Shown: piece after piece, positions 1 through 14,090 of the stretch
How positions within the stretch are numbered: the stretch's first letter is position 1
Layout: each line of letters opens with the position of its first letter
Source of the DNA: Octopus vulgaris
Taxonomy: Eukaryota
Length of the DNA stretch: 64,000 nt
Reading direction: 5' to 3'
Assembly (NCBI GenBank): GCA_951406725.2
Contig: OX597815.1
Span: forward strand, 110,298,001-110,362,000
The notes under the pieces: generated by a model
Database searches by the model: none
What the model saw: the letters and a program-made list of their open reading frames with translations, nothing else
Told to the model about the DNA's origin: nothing
Program-made: the position numbers and the translations under genes

Positions 1-229
1 ATCACTCTTACGATCTAAGGCATTTTAGTCGGCACCATCACGGTGTCAAATGCATGTCAAGAACTGTATTATCACTTGATGTGTCGTTCCATTTTTCTAA
101 GAATGCAGTGTTTGATTTTAGTTGAATGATAGATGTAAACACCGATTTGTTAGATCGGAAGCTGTTTTTCTCCGTTTTTGTTTAGACTCAATAAAACCTT
201 GACAGATGTTCCCATCATAGCCACACCAT

Positions 230-460
230 AGCGGTTTCGATTCCCAGACCGGGCGTTGTGTGTGTTTACTGAGCGAAAACACCTAAAGCTCCACGAGGCT
301 CTAGCAGGGGGTGGTGGCAACCCCTGTTGTACTCTTTCGCCCCAACATTCTCTCACTCTTCCTGTTTCTAGCTGGGGGGAACACACACGCCACAGAAACC
401 GGGAAACCGGGCCCATGAGGCTGGCTAGGCTTGAAAAGGGCACATAAATAAATAAATAAA
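230..460 (+). mobile_element. tRNA-derived SINE (family D head), 5'-truncated
   Basis: Shares TTCGATTCCCAGACCGGGCGTTGTG...GAGCGAAAACACCTAAAGCT with 20939. (TAAA)n tail. Confidence 0.8.
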
Positions 461-844
461 TTAATTAATTAATCAACTATCAAGCTGTAGTTGACTAAAA
501 TCTTCGAATATTTCAACTAATATATATAATTGAGATGAAAACATTTTTAAAGACATCTGACCTAGTGTTTAAATAGTTAGAAGTTGGTTGAGATATTTGA
601 CTCTTAAGTTCTTATCAGTAGTGCAGTCTGTATGATTTCTGTGTAGCTTACATACTTCGATGTTTTACCACATTATGTCGCATGTAGGACTTCATAATCC
701 CACAGTCTATACTAATATTGCTTTGTAACATTTCTCTTTTCCATGTCCCTGAAGGAATAAGTGTGAATGAAGTAGCAATCTTTGAAATTTCTACCATAAC
801 AGAATAGTGCTTGCATAATGTTTAGGTATGGTTGATGAAGTGAC

Positions 845-1000
845 CTCTGCACGTGGAGTCCATTTGAATGCAGTTGTATTACGGTGCTCTTCTGGTAGCC
901 GAAATATATGACCTGTTAGTTTTAATCTTCACTTTGTTTTGATTTCACAAAGTCGTCTTGTGCTGGCTGTCTTTAGAATGCCTTTATTGGTTAACATTAC
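845..1000 (-). mobile_element. Old RTE LINE fragment
   Basis: Translation LTNKGILKTASTRRLCEIKTK*RLKLTGHIFRLPEEHRNTTAFKWTP resembles the RTE C-terminal region. Confidence 0.6.
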
Positions 1001-1304
1001 GGCCGTTTCGTAGTCTTTTCCCGTAACAATAATTTCAGTATATAACAAATTATGCTTACATGTCTGCATTAATATGCATGCTACACGTTATACAATACAA
1101 ATCTGTATTCACAAATCAATACAAGGAAAGCAAGATAGCTCATCAACCACACGATCACAAAAGTCTATAAATCCATACCTTACACAATATATATATATAT
1201 AATTAATCCAAACATGAAAACACAAAGAGAAAACACAACAACGTGAAGACGTGGAACAAGTGTAGTGTTATTGGACGCTCAGGAAAGGAAAGAAAGAAGG
1301 GGGA

Positions 1305-1337
1305 TTTAACGTTTCGAGTGGAGCTCTTCGCCAGAAA
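1305..1337 (-). ncRNA. Minimal hammerhead-like motif (same family as 30999)
   Basis: TTT-CTGGCGA-A-GAGC-TCC-ACTC-GAAA-CG-TT-AAA in TA-flanked repeat at about 1203-1415. Confidence 0.45.
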
Positions 1338-1489
1338 CATAGGAAAAGGAAAGATCCAAGGAAGGGAAGACGGAGGAAAAAAATCGCCTACGATACACAT
1401 GTGGTCACGTTTTGAATATATATATATATATAACAAAGTGAAGTTGCAAGTGGAAATATATGTGGATGACTAGCCAACCGATTGCTAGC

Positions 1490-1940
1490 CTCTTCGTGGT
1501 CAGCAGCCGTTGCGGCAAGACACATTTTTTTCTCTCTATAGCCCTAAGGCTTTTTTCTGACGCCAGCTCAAAAATTTACTCGTCCTGTCGAAAAGACGCT
1601 TGTTTGTGACGTCCTATTTTTGTTGTTATTATTATTATCATTATTGTTTTTACGTATTTATGTATTCTTATTCGTGTTATCATTATTGTTTTTACGTATT
1701 TTTGTATTTTTATTCGTGTAACATCGTCCGGTTTTCCGTCCTTGTTTTGTATACATTCAAGGCTTTCTTCCAAGGAGTCTAATGCGCTTGGCTTAGATTT
1801 TCCTTTGGGGCTGGCCAGATCGGATCAATCTCAAGATTAATCAGCCGAAATTGCGAAGATGATCCGGCTCTTGACTGAAGATTGAAGGCTTCGAATGTCC
1901 CGTCCATGTTTTTTGTATCGTTTTCTAAATGTTTTACGTT
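1490..1940 (+). mobile_element. Dispersed repeat (inverted copy at 5635-6070)
   Basis: Shared CAATCTCAAGATTAATCAGCCGAAATTGC...CTTGACTGA block. Confidence 0.7.
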
Positions 1941-2159
1941 CTTGTCCCAGTTTGTATTTTTTTACATTTACATTTACATTTTTACATTTACATATATATA
2001 TATATGTTTCTAGCAAAAACTGTCCGATGAACGGCAACGGGAAACTCAGAGTAACAGGTTTTGTTGAATTTTCTGCTGCTTTAAATAAAGCATATTACTC
2101 TACCACTGGTATTTGAGTACAGTTTTTTCCACCTTGTTTCACATTTATGTGTTTACTCC

Positions 2160-2235
<76 letters not shown>

Positions 2236-2247
2236 TATTGGTATTGT

Positions 2248-2530
2248 GGAGACGTATGATTTAGGAGTTAGGGTATTGCACTCACGATTATGAGATTCTG
2301 GTTTCGATTCTCAGACCGGATGTTGTGTTGTGTTCTTGAGCACAATATTTCATTTCACGTTGCTCTGCGATCATTTCATCATTTGACATGTGGCACATGG
2401 TGCACCTGTACAGTTAATGTCGATTTGATGAAGGAAGTGAGGTTATATCAACACAATCACTATAAACAAATCATCTGTATGGTTGTTCGGTAAGAAATTG
2501 CCGAACCTTCACGCGTCGGCTAACGACAGA
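2248..2530 (+). mobile_element. tRNA-derived SINE, diverged
   Basis: GGTTTCGATTC B-box and TTCTTGAGCAC...TTTCACGTTGCTC core. Confidence 0.65.
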
Positions 2531-2589
2531 GAGAGAGAGAGAGAGTCTATGATATATATATGTAATGTAAACCCAAAGAGTCTTTAAAA

Positions 2590-2645
2590 TTTGCAACAGT
2601 TGTTTCGATAGAAAATTAATATATAATCCACCATCATCAGGTAAA
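2590..2645 (-). ncRNA. Type I hammerhead ribozyme motif, slightly decayed
   Basis: TTTAC-CTGATGA-T-GGTGGA...TCTATC-GAAA-CAACTG-TT-GCAAA. One mismatch in stem I and one in the stem III palindrome. Confidence 0.65.
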
Positions 2646-3709
2646 ATCTTAAACGGGTTAGATTTTAAACAGGTTAAATTTCTGACATCGATTTTATCCA
2701 ACTAATGTTGTGCGATCGATAACGTTTACATTACTAGAGCGTCTTTTAATTCGTGATTTAATGTGTGCATGTATGTGTGTGTTGGTGTGTGTGTATCTGT
2801 GTGTGCGTGTGTCTAATATAATTTCTCATTTATACACACACAAAAACAAACATCAAAAGACACTCATAGAAATACATATATGTACGCTCTTACATATGTA
2901 TTTTTGTATGTATGATTGTATGCACGTATGTATGTATTTATTTATGTATGCATGTATGTATGTATGTATGTATGTATGTATGTATGTATGTATGTATGTA
3001 TGTATGTATGTATGTATGTATGTATGTATGTATGTATGTATGTATGTATGTGTGTGTGTATGTATGTATGTATACCTATTTGATGATGTGTGCGTCACAG
3101 AATTGCACAATAACCTCAAAAATTTAACGTAGTTAAAACTTTTTCTCTAAAATACCTTTAATTGTACACACCCAAAACCGTATCCAAAGTTCTAAGATTA
3201 TTCAATAAAAAGCATATCACAGTATATAATACAATATCAATATTTAAAATTAGCGTACTTTTTTAATATTTCAAATATATATCATACGTATCGCAAACAA
3301 GAGCCATAGATGGCATAGTACTATTTTTCTTACAGGGGTGGGTCGTAAACATTTTAAAATAGGCGTCAAATTGCTATGTTTATTAAAATTACATGGTTAA
3401 AACTTTTTTTGGATTTGTTCATGACCACGACGAAGAAAGAAGAACTACATGAAAGAAACTATATTTCATTTTAAATAATAAAATGTGAGAGAGAAAAAAT
3501 TTCGTTTAAACTTTTGGGGTGGGGGCCAGTATAATAGTAGGAACAAGACTGTACTCGTACACATTTAATACATAGAATATATTCTTTCCTTCTTTCTGTC
3601 TTTCTCTCTACATTTGCACGTATATACTACTGATACATATCTTTGTATGTATGTATGTATGTATGTATGTATGTATGTATGTATGTATGTATGTATGTAT
3701 GTATGTATG

Positions 3710-3742
<33 letters not shown>

Positions 3743-3744
<2 letters not shown>

Positions 3745-4061
3745 TCTTTTACTCTTTTACTTGTTTCAGTCATTTGACTGTGGCCATGCTGGATCATCAC
3801 CTTTAGTCGAGAAAATCGACCCCAGGACGCAAGCACTACAACATGTGTTGTCAAGCGATGTCGGGGGGACAAACACATATACACACACATGCAAATATAT
3901 ATATACATATATACGACGGGCTTCTTTCAGTTTCCCTCTACCAAATCTACTCACAAGACTTTGGTCGGCCCGAGGCTATAGTAGAAGACACTTGCCCAAG
4001 GTGCCACCCGGAACCATATGGTTCGTAATCCAGCTACTTACCACCCACCCACTCCTACGCC
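3743..4061 (-). mobile_element. tRNA-derived CORE-type SINE, family A
   Basis: Matches 46987-47406: CACCTTGGGCAAGTGTCTTCTACTATAGCC core and TGACTGAAACAAGTAAAAGAG tail. Confidence 0.85.
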
Positions 4062-4117
4062 TATATATATAAATATATATGTATATATATATGTACATAT
4101 ATATATATATATATATA

Positions 4118-4156
<39 letters not shown>

Positions 4157-4285
4157 ACAATTGAGGGTAAAATTAATTAATTAATCAATTTCACCAAGTG
4201 TTCAGTATGTAAAAGGACCATTTAAGGCGAATTCAAAATATTACATTATATAATTAGGGCTTAGTAAAATAAATTACTTTGCCAC

Positions 4286-4631
<346 letters not shown>

Positions 4632-5544
4632 GTATATATGCACACTTATGTATGTATATATGTATGTATATGTATATAGTGAAGGCGCATGGGTCAGTGG
4701 TAAGAGTGTCGGGCTTATAATAGTGACGTTTTGAGTTCGAACACACTAGCAATACATACAAATATTATAAAAGTGGTGTGTGTGCATTTGAATTATAAAC
4801 TATATAATATATCAGCAAGGATACATCTGTGTATACATTTATGTACGCATATGGATTTCTATAGATGCCTATGGATCTCTATAGAAGTAAATGCTTTCTA
4901 ATCGGATGTAGCATACACATACAGACTGATAATTGCACGCACATACGGCCAGACGTACACACAACCAAATACACATTTATCGTGTGTGGTTTGTTTGAAA
5001 ATACTTACATATATACATACATTCGTAGATACATACATACGCACCAACATACATACATGCCAACATAAATACAGGTATATGTGTGTGTGTGTGTGTATGT
5101 AGTGTGACACATTTAGACTTGCTCATATATAACTGTGATGTGAAAAGCTTTTATTGATATACGTTACTAAGATTGATATCTTAATTTTATTAAAGCTTGC
5201 CTAATTCCTTTTCCCACAGGTTGTAGATATTGTTTACGTTTATAAACCAATCTGATATGGTTCGGTTACATTTAACGATAAAACCTTGTTTCGGGTGAAT
5301 AAGGAAACAGAGCAAGCACATCCCTTAGACTTATTCAAAGGCAAGAAAGATACCAAACAAATAATAGAAACAAAGCAATTAATTTTGCAAGCAATGACGG
5401 GAAAGTAATATGTTGGCATGTCAAGCATTTGACTGAGGGAGGGCATATAAATTTGTATGTGCGTTTGCGTGTTTATTGATATATGTGTGAGTGTGTGTGT
5501 ATGCATGTGCGCGTATGTGTGTGTATGTACGTGCATAAGTTTAT

Positions 5545-5625
<81 letters not shown>

Positions 5626-5634
5626 TAAACAGTA

Positions 5635-6070
5635 AAAATAATTACAGACATGGACAAGAACATGAAACGCCACAGAGACGACACAAGAACCACAGGACGG
5701 GACATTCGAAGCCCTCAGTCATCAGTCAAGAACCAGATCATCTTAGCAATTTCGGCTGATTAATCTTGAGATTGCTCCGATATGGGCAGCCCGCCACGGG
5801 AAATCTAAGCCAAGTGCATTAGATCCCCTGGAAGAAAGCTTCGAATGTATACAACACGAGGACGGAAAACGAACGAAGTACACGAACAAAAATACAGAAT
5901 ACGTGACAACAATAAGAATACAAAAACGTAAAAACAATAACGGTAAAAATAAAGTATAAAAAATAAACAACAAAACAAAACCAGGACGTAGGACAAGGGT
6001 CTTTCGACAGGACGAATTGAGTATGGGGCTGGCTTATGAAGTTGTGCCTAATGGCCACAGGGAGACGAAC
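5635..6070 (-). mobile_element. Dispersed repeat (same family as 1490-1940)
   Basis: Reverse-complement match to 1490-1940. Confidence 0.7.
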
Positions 6071-6456
6071 AAGTACGTGTTGCTTCAGCGGCTGCTGGAA
6101 CGAAAAGAGCGCTCAACAGCGGCTAGCGGTCACGTGAGAACAAAAGACAAGAGAAAGGGACAGATGAAAAGAGAGAGAAGGTGGACGAGGGAGGAGAAGA
6201 AAGAGACAGATCGAGGGGGCTGGAGGTGAGAGAGATAGAGATATATATATTCACCTTCATCCACACACCACATACCCACACGCGCAAATTAATTTGGGAT
6301 CACCAGCACTTTACTATCTCCTTTTCTTCCAACCTCTTCTTCCTCTTCTTCCAAATATTTGATCTAATCATTCGCCATGCTAGACTGCTAAATCTGCAGG
6401 GTTTCTCTCTCACTTTCTCTCTCTCTCTCTCTCTCTCTGTTTATTTTCTCTTATTC

Positions 6457-6492
6457 CTTTCAGTTGAAGAGCGTAAGCTCGAAACGTTAAAG
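6457..6492 (+). ncRNA. Minimal hammerhead-like motif (same family as 63682)
   Basis: CTTT-CAGTTGA-A-GAGC-GTAA-GCTC-GAAA-CG-TT-AAAG within repeat at about 6400-6570. Confidence 0.5.
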
Positions 6493-6589
6493 AGTTTTTC
6501 ATTTTGCCGTGCGTCGAACTAATACACCTGTTCGTTGTTCATACATCTTTTGTTTTTCTATAAATTTCAACTATACATACATACATAAC

Positions 6590-6694
<105 letters not shown>

Positions 6695-6983
6695 ATACGT
6701 ATTAACACACACACACACACACACACACATACATATGTGTTGCGAGAAGAACGGCAAGAGAAAGTAATCAAGAGAACGTGTCGTGTTCTTTTAGGTCTAA
6801 CGATTTTACTGTCATTCCTTTTGTTCAGTTAGTGCTTAAATCATTTCAGAATGCACTACCACATTCCGGTTTCACTTGAAGTAGTTGATATCCGCTGTAA
6901 TATACATGTGTAATACACGCAATATTAATACATTATTTACATTATTTGCATTTGACGAATACTACTACTACTACTACTACTAC

Positions 6984-7053
<70 letters not shown>

Positions 7054-7074
7054 TATTATTATTATTATTATAAT

Positions 7075-7628
7075 GACCTGATGCAGTACCAGGCGTTAGC
7101 TCTCATGGCTTCTCATCTTAACTAATTGAAAGTGTTATCATGTACTGTGTTTTGTCTTGGTATAAAAGATGGGCTACAGCAAATATTCTGCTCAATACCA
7201 CAGATTTGCTTGTTAGTTGTTTGACCTTAACCAGTTGAGCATGTCCCTTAGTGGCTGACAATATCTGCATCTCTGATCACGAGCAGAAGTAGTGGGGGAG
7301 CATCATAGCCATGTGTTGACAGGGATTCTTTGAGGTTTGAATAATTCACCTTTGGAAACATAGGTGGTTCATTCAACATCCTTAAACAATCCGTATTCAG
7401 GGACCTTTTGAGCGGGATTGACTACTTGACCAGAAGCAAATTCTAACTGGGCCCCACCTGCAAGGTCATGCGCTGTTTATCTTGATATAAGATAACCATG
7501 TCGCGCACACATGGTTGTGATGCATCTGCCTGGTGTACCCTTATCAGACAGGTAGTCATGATAGGTATACTGGGCTTCGTATATTTTACCCCAGTGTCAC
7601 TTTGATTGCATGCAATGCTCTCTCACTC

Positions 7629-7630
<2 letters not shown>
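7075..7630. mobile_element. ~550-bp dispersed repeat inside (AAT)n (copy 1)
   Basis: Colinear with 58020-58573. Both copies are flanked by (TAA)n tracts. Confidence 0.8.
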
Positions 7631-7699
<69 letters not shown>

Positions 7700-7766
7700 T
7701 GATAATAATAATAACAACGTCGAGAAATACCTTAAGAATGAGAACCCAGGTTCGAAATTTCCCCAA

Positions 7767-7812
7767 GACACCTGATGAAGGCTGGAGAGTATATCAGCCG
7801 AAACGTTGTGTT
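7767..7812 (+). ncRNA. Minimal type I hammerhead ribozyme motif
   Basis: GACAC-CTGATGA-A-GGCTG(loop)CAGCC-GAAA-CG-TT-GTGTT: stem I GACAC/GTGTT, palindromic ACGT stem III, GUU triplet. Confidence 0.8.
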
Positions 7813-8022
7813 AAGAACAAACAAGATGAGGATAAACAAATAAATGTAAATATAAATAATGTACATAATTCCTCATCTCTTAACTATAGAACACAATATT
7901 GATCATCATCAAATCAAGTGAAACCGGTATGGAAGAATGAACTTTTGTTTTATATAATAAACTATTTGAAATAACTTGGGAAAAAAATTTAATCACAGTG
8001 CAACCAAAACTGTGTAGTCTGC

Positions 8023-8061
<39 letters not shown>

Positions 8062-8088
8062 GCTATTTCTCTTCTTCTCCCCTATCTT

Positions 8089-8127
<39 letters not shown>

Positions 8128-8183
8128 ATATATATATATATATGTGTATATATATATATATGCATATATAAATACATATATAC

Positions 8184-8261
<78 letters not shown>

Positions 8262-9099
8262 ATATGTGTGTGTAAACCTGAACTACCTGTAGGGATGCTT
8301 TGTTGATAGTGATGAAATGTATGTGCTGTACATTAGCTCATTCCTTCCATCGAATTGACATTGCCTGTACAGGTGAACAAGTGTGACATACGTCAGATGT
8401 CAAAATGATCGCACAGCAGCGTGATGAAATGTCTTACACCGGGCGGTCCGAGAATCACTCTAGCTACTACTAGCTCATGCACCTTCACACGCACATACAC
8501 ATACATTAATATACATTTACGCGCTTGCACACACACACACATATATACATACTTGCACACTCACACACACACAAATATATATATATATACATACGTATAT
8601 ACATACACACATGCATACAAACATACACACACATATGTAGTACGTCAAGCAGCATGCATGGATATGGTATTTGTACTATTTCAGAGTAAATATATATTTT
8701 AGTAGCATAATTTTTTTATCTCTTTAATTAATATATCAAACAAATATGAAAGTGCTCCTTCATAAGATATCAGTCGGCTTCAAATATGAGACCTATATTA
8801 AGGAACATGACAGAAAAAATATTGAGAAATACTAAGAGAGCGTTTAAGCAAAAAAAAAACAAAAACAATTCAATTCCTTGTCCATGATATTTACTATGTA
8901 CAGGAATGTTCAAAAGAAATAAGTTTCCCATACGCATCTTAGACACTACGAACCAAACAGGCATTATTTACTTGAAGAGAGATATTAAGATCATACTTAG
9001 TGGTAGTATACCCATCTTGTCCCTTTTGATAACAAAACACAGATGCACGACAAATATCAAGAATACAACACTGCACTAACCACCCAGCATATCTGAGCA

Positions 9100-9640
9100 T
9101 CATTCAGTTAGGGTGCAAGGTATCACTATCTCAGAAGATCTCTTGTGAAAGCCCATCTTTAACATAGTTAACTCTCCTACCTGTAGCAACAGTTTTCTTT
9201 CAGAGGGCGAGGAAGTATTTTATACCTAGCTGTTGCTCACAACCAACAACGCTCAAGTGTGGATCATAGTGAAATATAGCTCCCACTTCTGTGACAATGT
9301 TTCTGTTATATCCATTGTCATCTGGGACCGCATTCAGAAAAAGGGTCACTCGACTGATAGGTATTCAATAACTAATAGAAACTCTTCAGGCTCTCGTTCA
9401 CCGTAGGTTTGCTGTCTTCCCTATTTGTCCTTTTCTATCACAACTTTAATGGTAAATGTTCTTTAGAGGTAGCTGGTCTCGCATCTTCTCTAATTAGGTA
9501 TTTCTGTCTAGTCATTTCTTTATCTTTCACCGGTCTTGTTGCCTAACCCCTTGAATCCACACAAATAATTACACCCAATCTTCCCTCTCCAGAACACCAC
9601 ACTCTTGAATTTTCCACTTTCTCGTATTTTTTCCTGTTGA
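9100..9640 (+). mobile_element. Highly decayed CR1/L2/Jockey-group LINE RT C-terminal fragment
   Basis: Broken frames give ITISEDL, FRARKYF, KYSSHF, WDRIQKK, LQALVHRR and FNGKCS. Confidence 0.5.
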
Positions 9641-10337
9641 AACCTATTTATATTTTATTTTCATAACAAAACATTTCCTACACTTGTGTATTTTACATTA
9701 AAAGTTAAATGAAAATAGAAAATATATTACTTTTTCCATCGAGTAACAACAGTATTAAAAATTATAAAACTGAGCAATTTTTTAATGATTTTAAATTAAG
9801 AAATTTTAATTGCGCAAAGACAAACTGGTGAGGGCATCATTCCGAAACAATGAATTTTATACAATAAGAAGAGAAAAATTAATTTGTTGCAAACGAAGAA
9901 ACGAAATTCTACCTAAGTGAGATTGTGAGGAGCTTTCAATACACAGTTAAGAATTCACTCCATTCAGCATTATTAATGCTCTAGATAAAGGGTAAATACA
10001 TTATTATTAATTCGTAGTCATATCCATGAAATACAAGAGGTGTGCTTAATCAGATATCTATTATTTAGAGCATCCTCATATGTAGCTTCCCTTTTCATTA
10101 AATAAATGTATGATGTATATGGATATGAGTAATTCTATGGACGGACAAATGAGTGTGTATGTATGTATGTATGTATGTATGTATGTATGTATGTATGTAT
10201 GTATGTATGAATCAAACAATCAATCAATAAATCTATCTATCTATCTATACATACATGCATATTAATATATATATATCTGTGTACGTGTGCGTATATATAT
10301 ATATGTATCCGATTTTCTGAGTACCTCATTTCTTCTA

Positions 10338-10384
<47 letters not shown>

Positions 10385-10467
10385 CACGTATACATATATC
10401 TCAACAATTTATCTCCCTCTCTCCCTCTAGCATTCTCTCTCTCTTTCTCTTTCTTACTCTCTCTCTC

Positions 10468-10515
<48 letters not shown>

Positions 10516-10517
<2 letters not shown>

Positions 10518-11382
10518 TGGTGCGATGAGTAGATTGTCGATATTTTATATCTTTAATTTCGCGCATGCGTATGGTTTGTTTTAGATTTTCTCGACTACAT
10601 ATTTGGGTACCGTCTGGGAGAAAATAAAAGTAGTATGACGCAGTTCTTTCTCCAAGAAATTTGGAAACGACATGCTCTACTGCTTGCCATTCATGCCGAA
10701 GCTCCAATATGGACATTTCAGAGTGTTTGAGTGTCAATCTGAGGACGGTGCAGAGGATTCAGAAAGAGTTGGATGAGTCTAACGGTGATTACGAAGGTGT
10801 TTGGGGTGATCACTTGTGATGGCGATATTATGTCTCCATTCATCTTCCTACACAGCCTCAGACTAAACACGGAGGCCTATATCAAGTTCCTGGAGGAGGT
10901 AGTGCTGCTTTGGGTCAAGAGGATGTCTGCTGAAAGACCCTATGTCTGGCAACAGGACTCTGTGCCATGCCACACAAGCAGGAGAACCCAGTCATGGTTG
11001 TCAGACAATTTCTGCGACCACATCAGCCCTAAAATCTGGTCACCTAACTCCCCAGACTGCAACCACCCTTCATTATTATGTGTGGGACGCAGTTGAGCGA
11101 GACGCCAACAAAACTCCTTGTAACACCAAAGATGAATTGGAGGCAAGGATTATGGTAGCATTCATCAATTTAAACAAGGAGACCGTTCAGAAGAGTTGCA
11201 AGATTTTCTGAAGTCGACTGGAGGCCGTGGTTGAAGACAATGGCAATTTTATTGAATAAATTTACTCTTTACTATTTCAAGATATTTTTATGTAATTTTG
11301 GTAAATATATTTGTTAAAATAAGATGTCTGTGTTATTTTCAATTTTGTGTAATTTAGACGACAATTTATTCACTGTACTCTG
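10516..11382 (+). mobile_element. Internally deleted maT-type (DD37D spacing) Tc1/mariner transposon
   Basis: WQQDS-PCH...WSPNSPDCN...YYVW motifs. Degenerate TIRs CA(T/G)GGTGCG-TGA-TA-ATTGTCG at both ends. Frameshifted. Confidence 0.85.
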
Positions 11383-11922
11383 TATATATTTTTTTTATGT
11401 GCTTGTATATGTGTGTGCGTGCGCGCGCGTATGTGTGTGTCTGCGTATACATATGTATATACAAATATATAAATATAATTAAACATACGCATGTGTGGTG
11501 TGAATGTATATGCATATATAGATATATGTATAACCCTCCTCCCTACTGCTGGTTTTCTATCGCACTCTCTTCTAAAGGATTTACTCTCTATCTTCCTCTT
11601 CCTTGCTCACTCACTGGAAAAGGCAAACTTACCTTGAGTTAGTCTGAGTTCGCGAAAGTAGCGAAGCGTTACTAACACCAATTCATCAAAGGTTGGTACA
11701 GATTGCCGACAAATGAAAAATTAAAAATATATAAAACATAATACATCCAATAATTATTCATATTCATTCGCGTATAAATGCATACCTACAACTAAACACG
11801 CACACGTAGGTATAGTTATATTTGTGTGTGTGCTCGTGTTTCTGTGTTTGTGTATACGCACACACACACATATGGATATATATCATGTGTATGCGTATCT
11901 ATATATATATATTCATGCATAG

Positions 11923-11979
<57 letters not shown>

Positions 11980-12263
11980 TGTGTATATATGTATAGGTGT
12001 ATATATATATATCTGTGTGTGTATGTGCATATGTGTATATGTGTATATATATGTGTGTGTGTATGTATATATGTATGCATGTATGTATATATGTATGTAT
12101 ACAACTAGAAAATTTGAAAACTTAGCACTGGAAACGAGTTTTGTTCCAAAACATAGTTTTCCCCGGATAGATGCCAAGCAGTTTCTTACGCTGCGTTCTT
12201 ACGTTACCTATCTGTCTATCTATCTACGCACAGACACAAGCACACACTTACACACACACACAC

Positions 12264-12351
<88 letters not shown>

Positions 12352-12370
12352 GTATGTATATATGTATGTA

Positions 12371-12434
<64 letters not shown>

Positions 12435-12436
<2 letters not shown>

Positions 12437-12569
12437 ACGGAGATGTACTTCCATAGCAAGTGACCTGATCTGAGATCGTGTGCTGAAACGAAAACAATTG
12501 CAGACACAAGCACACACTCACACACACACACACAGATATATACTTTGATACTTTGATACTTTGATACTT

Positions 12570-12632
<63 letters not shown>

Positions 12633-12738
12633 TATGTTTGTGTGTGCGTGTGTGAGTGTGTGCTTGTGTCTGCAATTGTTTTCGTTTCAGCACACGATCT
12701 CAGATCAGGTCACTTGCTATGGAAGTACATCTCCGTTG
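12435..12738. repeat. ~90-bp inverted duplication around a (TA)n spacer
   Basis: CAACGGAGATGTACTTCC...GCAGACACAAGCAC and its reverse complement. Confidence 0.9.
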
Positions 12739-12819
12739 TATATATATATATACCAGGTGGTGCTATTAAGTTAGACATGGCCTGGGCCAATAATGGCCGA
12801 AACCTATCAAAGTATCAAA

Positions 12820-12864
<45 letters not shown>

Positions 12865-12904
12865 GATATATATAACTAAACATATACATATATTTATATA
12901 TATA

Positions 12905-13232
12905 TGGCTCAGTGGTTAGAGCGTCGAGCTTACGATCGTGAGGTTGTGAGCTCGAATCCCGGACCGGGCTGCGTGTTGTGTTCTCGAGCAAGGCACTTTA
13001 TTTCACGTTGCTCCAGTTCCTCAGCTGTAGAAATGAGTTGCGACGTCACTGGTGCCAAGCTGTATCGACCTTTGTCTTTCCCTTGGATAACACTGGTGGC
13101 GTGGAGAGGGGAGGCTGGTATGCATGGGCGACTGCTGGCCTTCCATAAACAACCTTGCCCGGACTTGTGTCTAGGAGGGTAACATTCTAGGTGAAATCCC
13201 ATGGTCATTCATGACCGAAGGGGGTCTTTACC

Positions 13233-13235
<3 letters not shown>
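12905..13235 (+). mobile_element. tRNA-derived SINE family C
   Basis: TGGCTCAGTGGTTAGAGC A-box, CTCGAATCCC B-box. Colinear with 54905-55244. Confidence 0.88.
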
Positions 13236-13301
<66 letters not shown>

Positions 13302-13315
13302 TACATACATACATA

Positions 13316-13351
<36 letters not shown>

Positions 13352-13524
13352 TGTATGTATGTATGTATGTATGTATGTATGTATGTATGTATGTATGTAT
13401 GTATGTATGTATGTATGTATGTATGTATGTATGTATGTATGTATGTATGTATGTATGTATAGAGTGTTAGGTGTGGTGCACAGATATTGAATGTTGTGAA
13501 AAATGTCTTCAGAATTTGCGGGAA

Positions 13525-13748
13525 TTGTTTTTTTTTTATAAAACAGATGTACTTTAGGGGTTTTGTTTATCAGAAAGGAACATTGTTTGCGTTTGTATTG
13601 GGTGAGGTTCCATGACAATGGCGATAGATAGTTATCTACCTATCTCCATTGTCCATTGTTATGGAACCTCACCCAAGAAAACAAAACCAATGTTCTCTTC
13701 TTTTAAACAAAAGCCCCAACAAACATTTTGTTTTATATAAATAAACAA
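13525..13748. mobile_element. Old fold-back element
   Basis: TTGGGTGAGGTTCCATGACAATGG pairs with CCATTGTTATGGAACCTCACCCAA, plus degenerate outer arms. Confidence 0.65.
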
Positions 13749-13864
13749 GCTGATTGTACATTCACAACATTTTATTTAAAAAGTTCGAGAAACGAACAAA
13801 AGCGCTAATAATAATGAAGAAATAAAAAGATTTTTCTCCGAAAATGTGACGACTTATTTTCTCA

Positions 13865-13962
<98 letters not shown>

Positions 13963-14016
13963 GTATGTATATATATATATGTATTATATATATGTATGTA
14001 TATATATATATGTATG

Positions 14017-14090
<74 letters not shown>

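Noticed and set aside
12905-12975. Additional tRNA genes (also 4682, 15847, 20939, 54905)
   Set aside because: These are SINE heads. They lack a complete cloverleaf and most run into SINE bodies.
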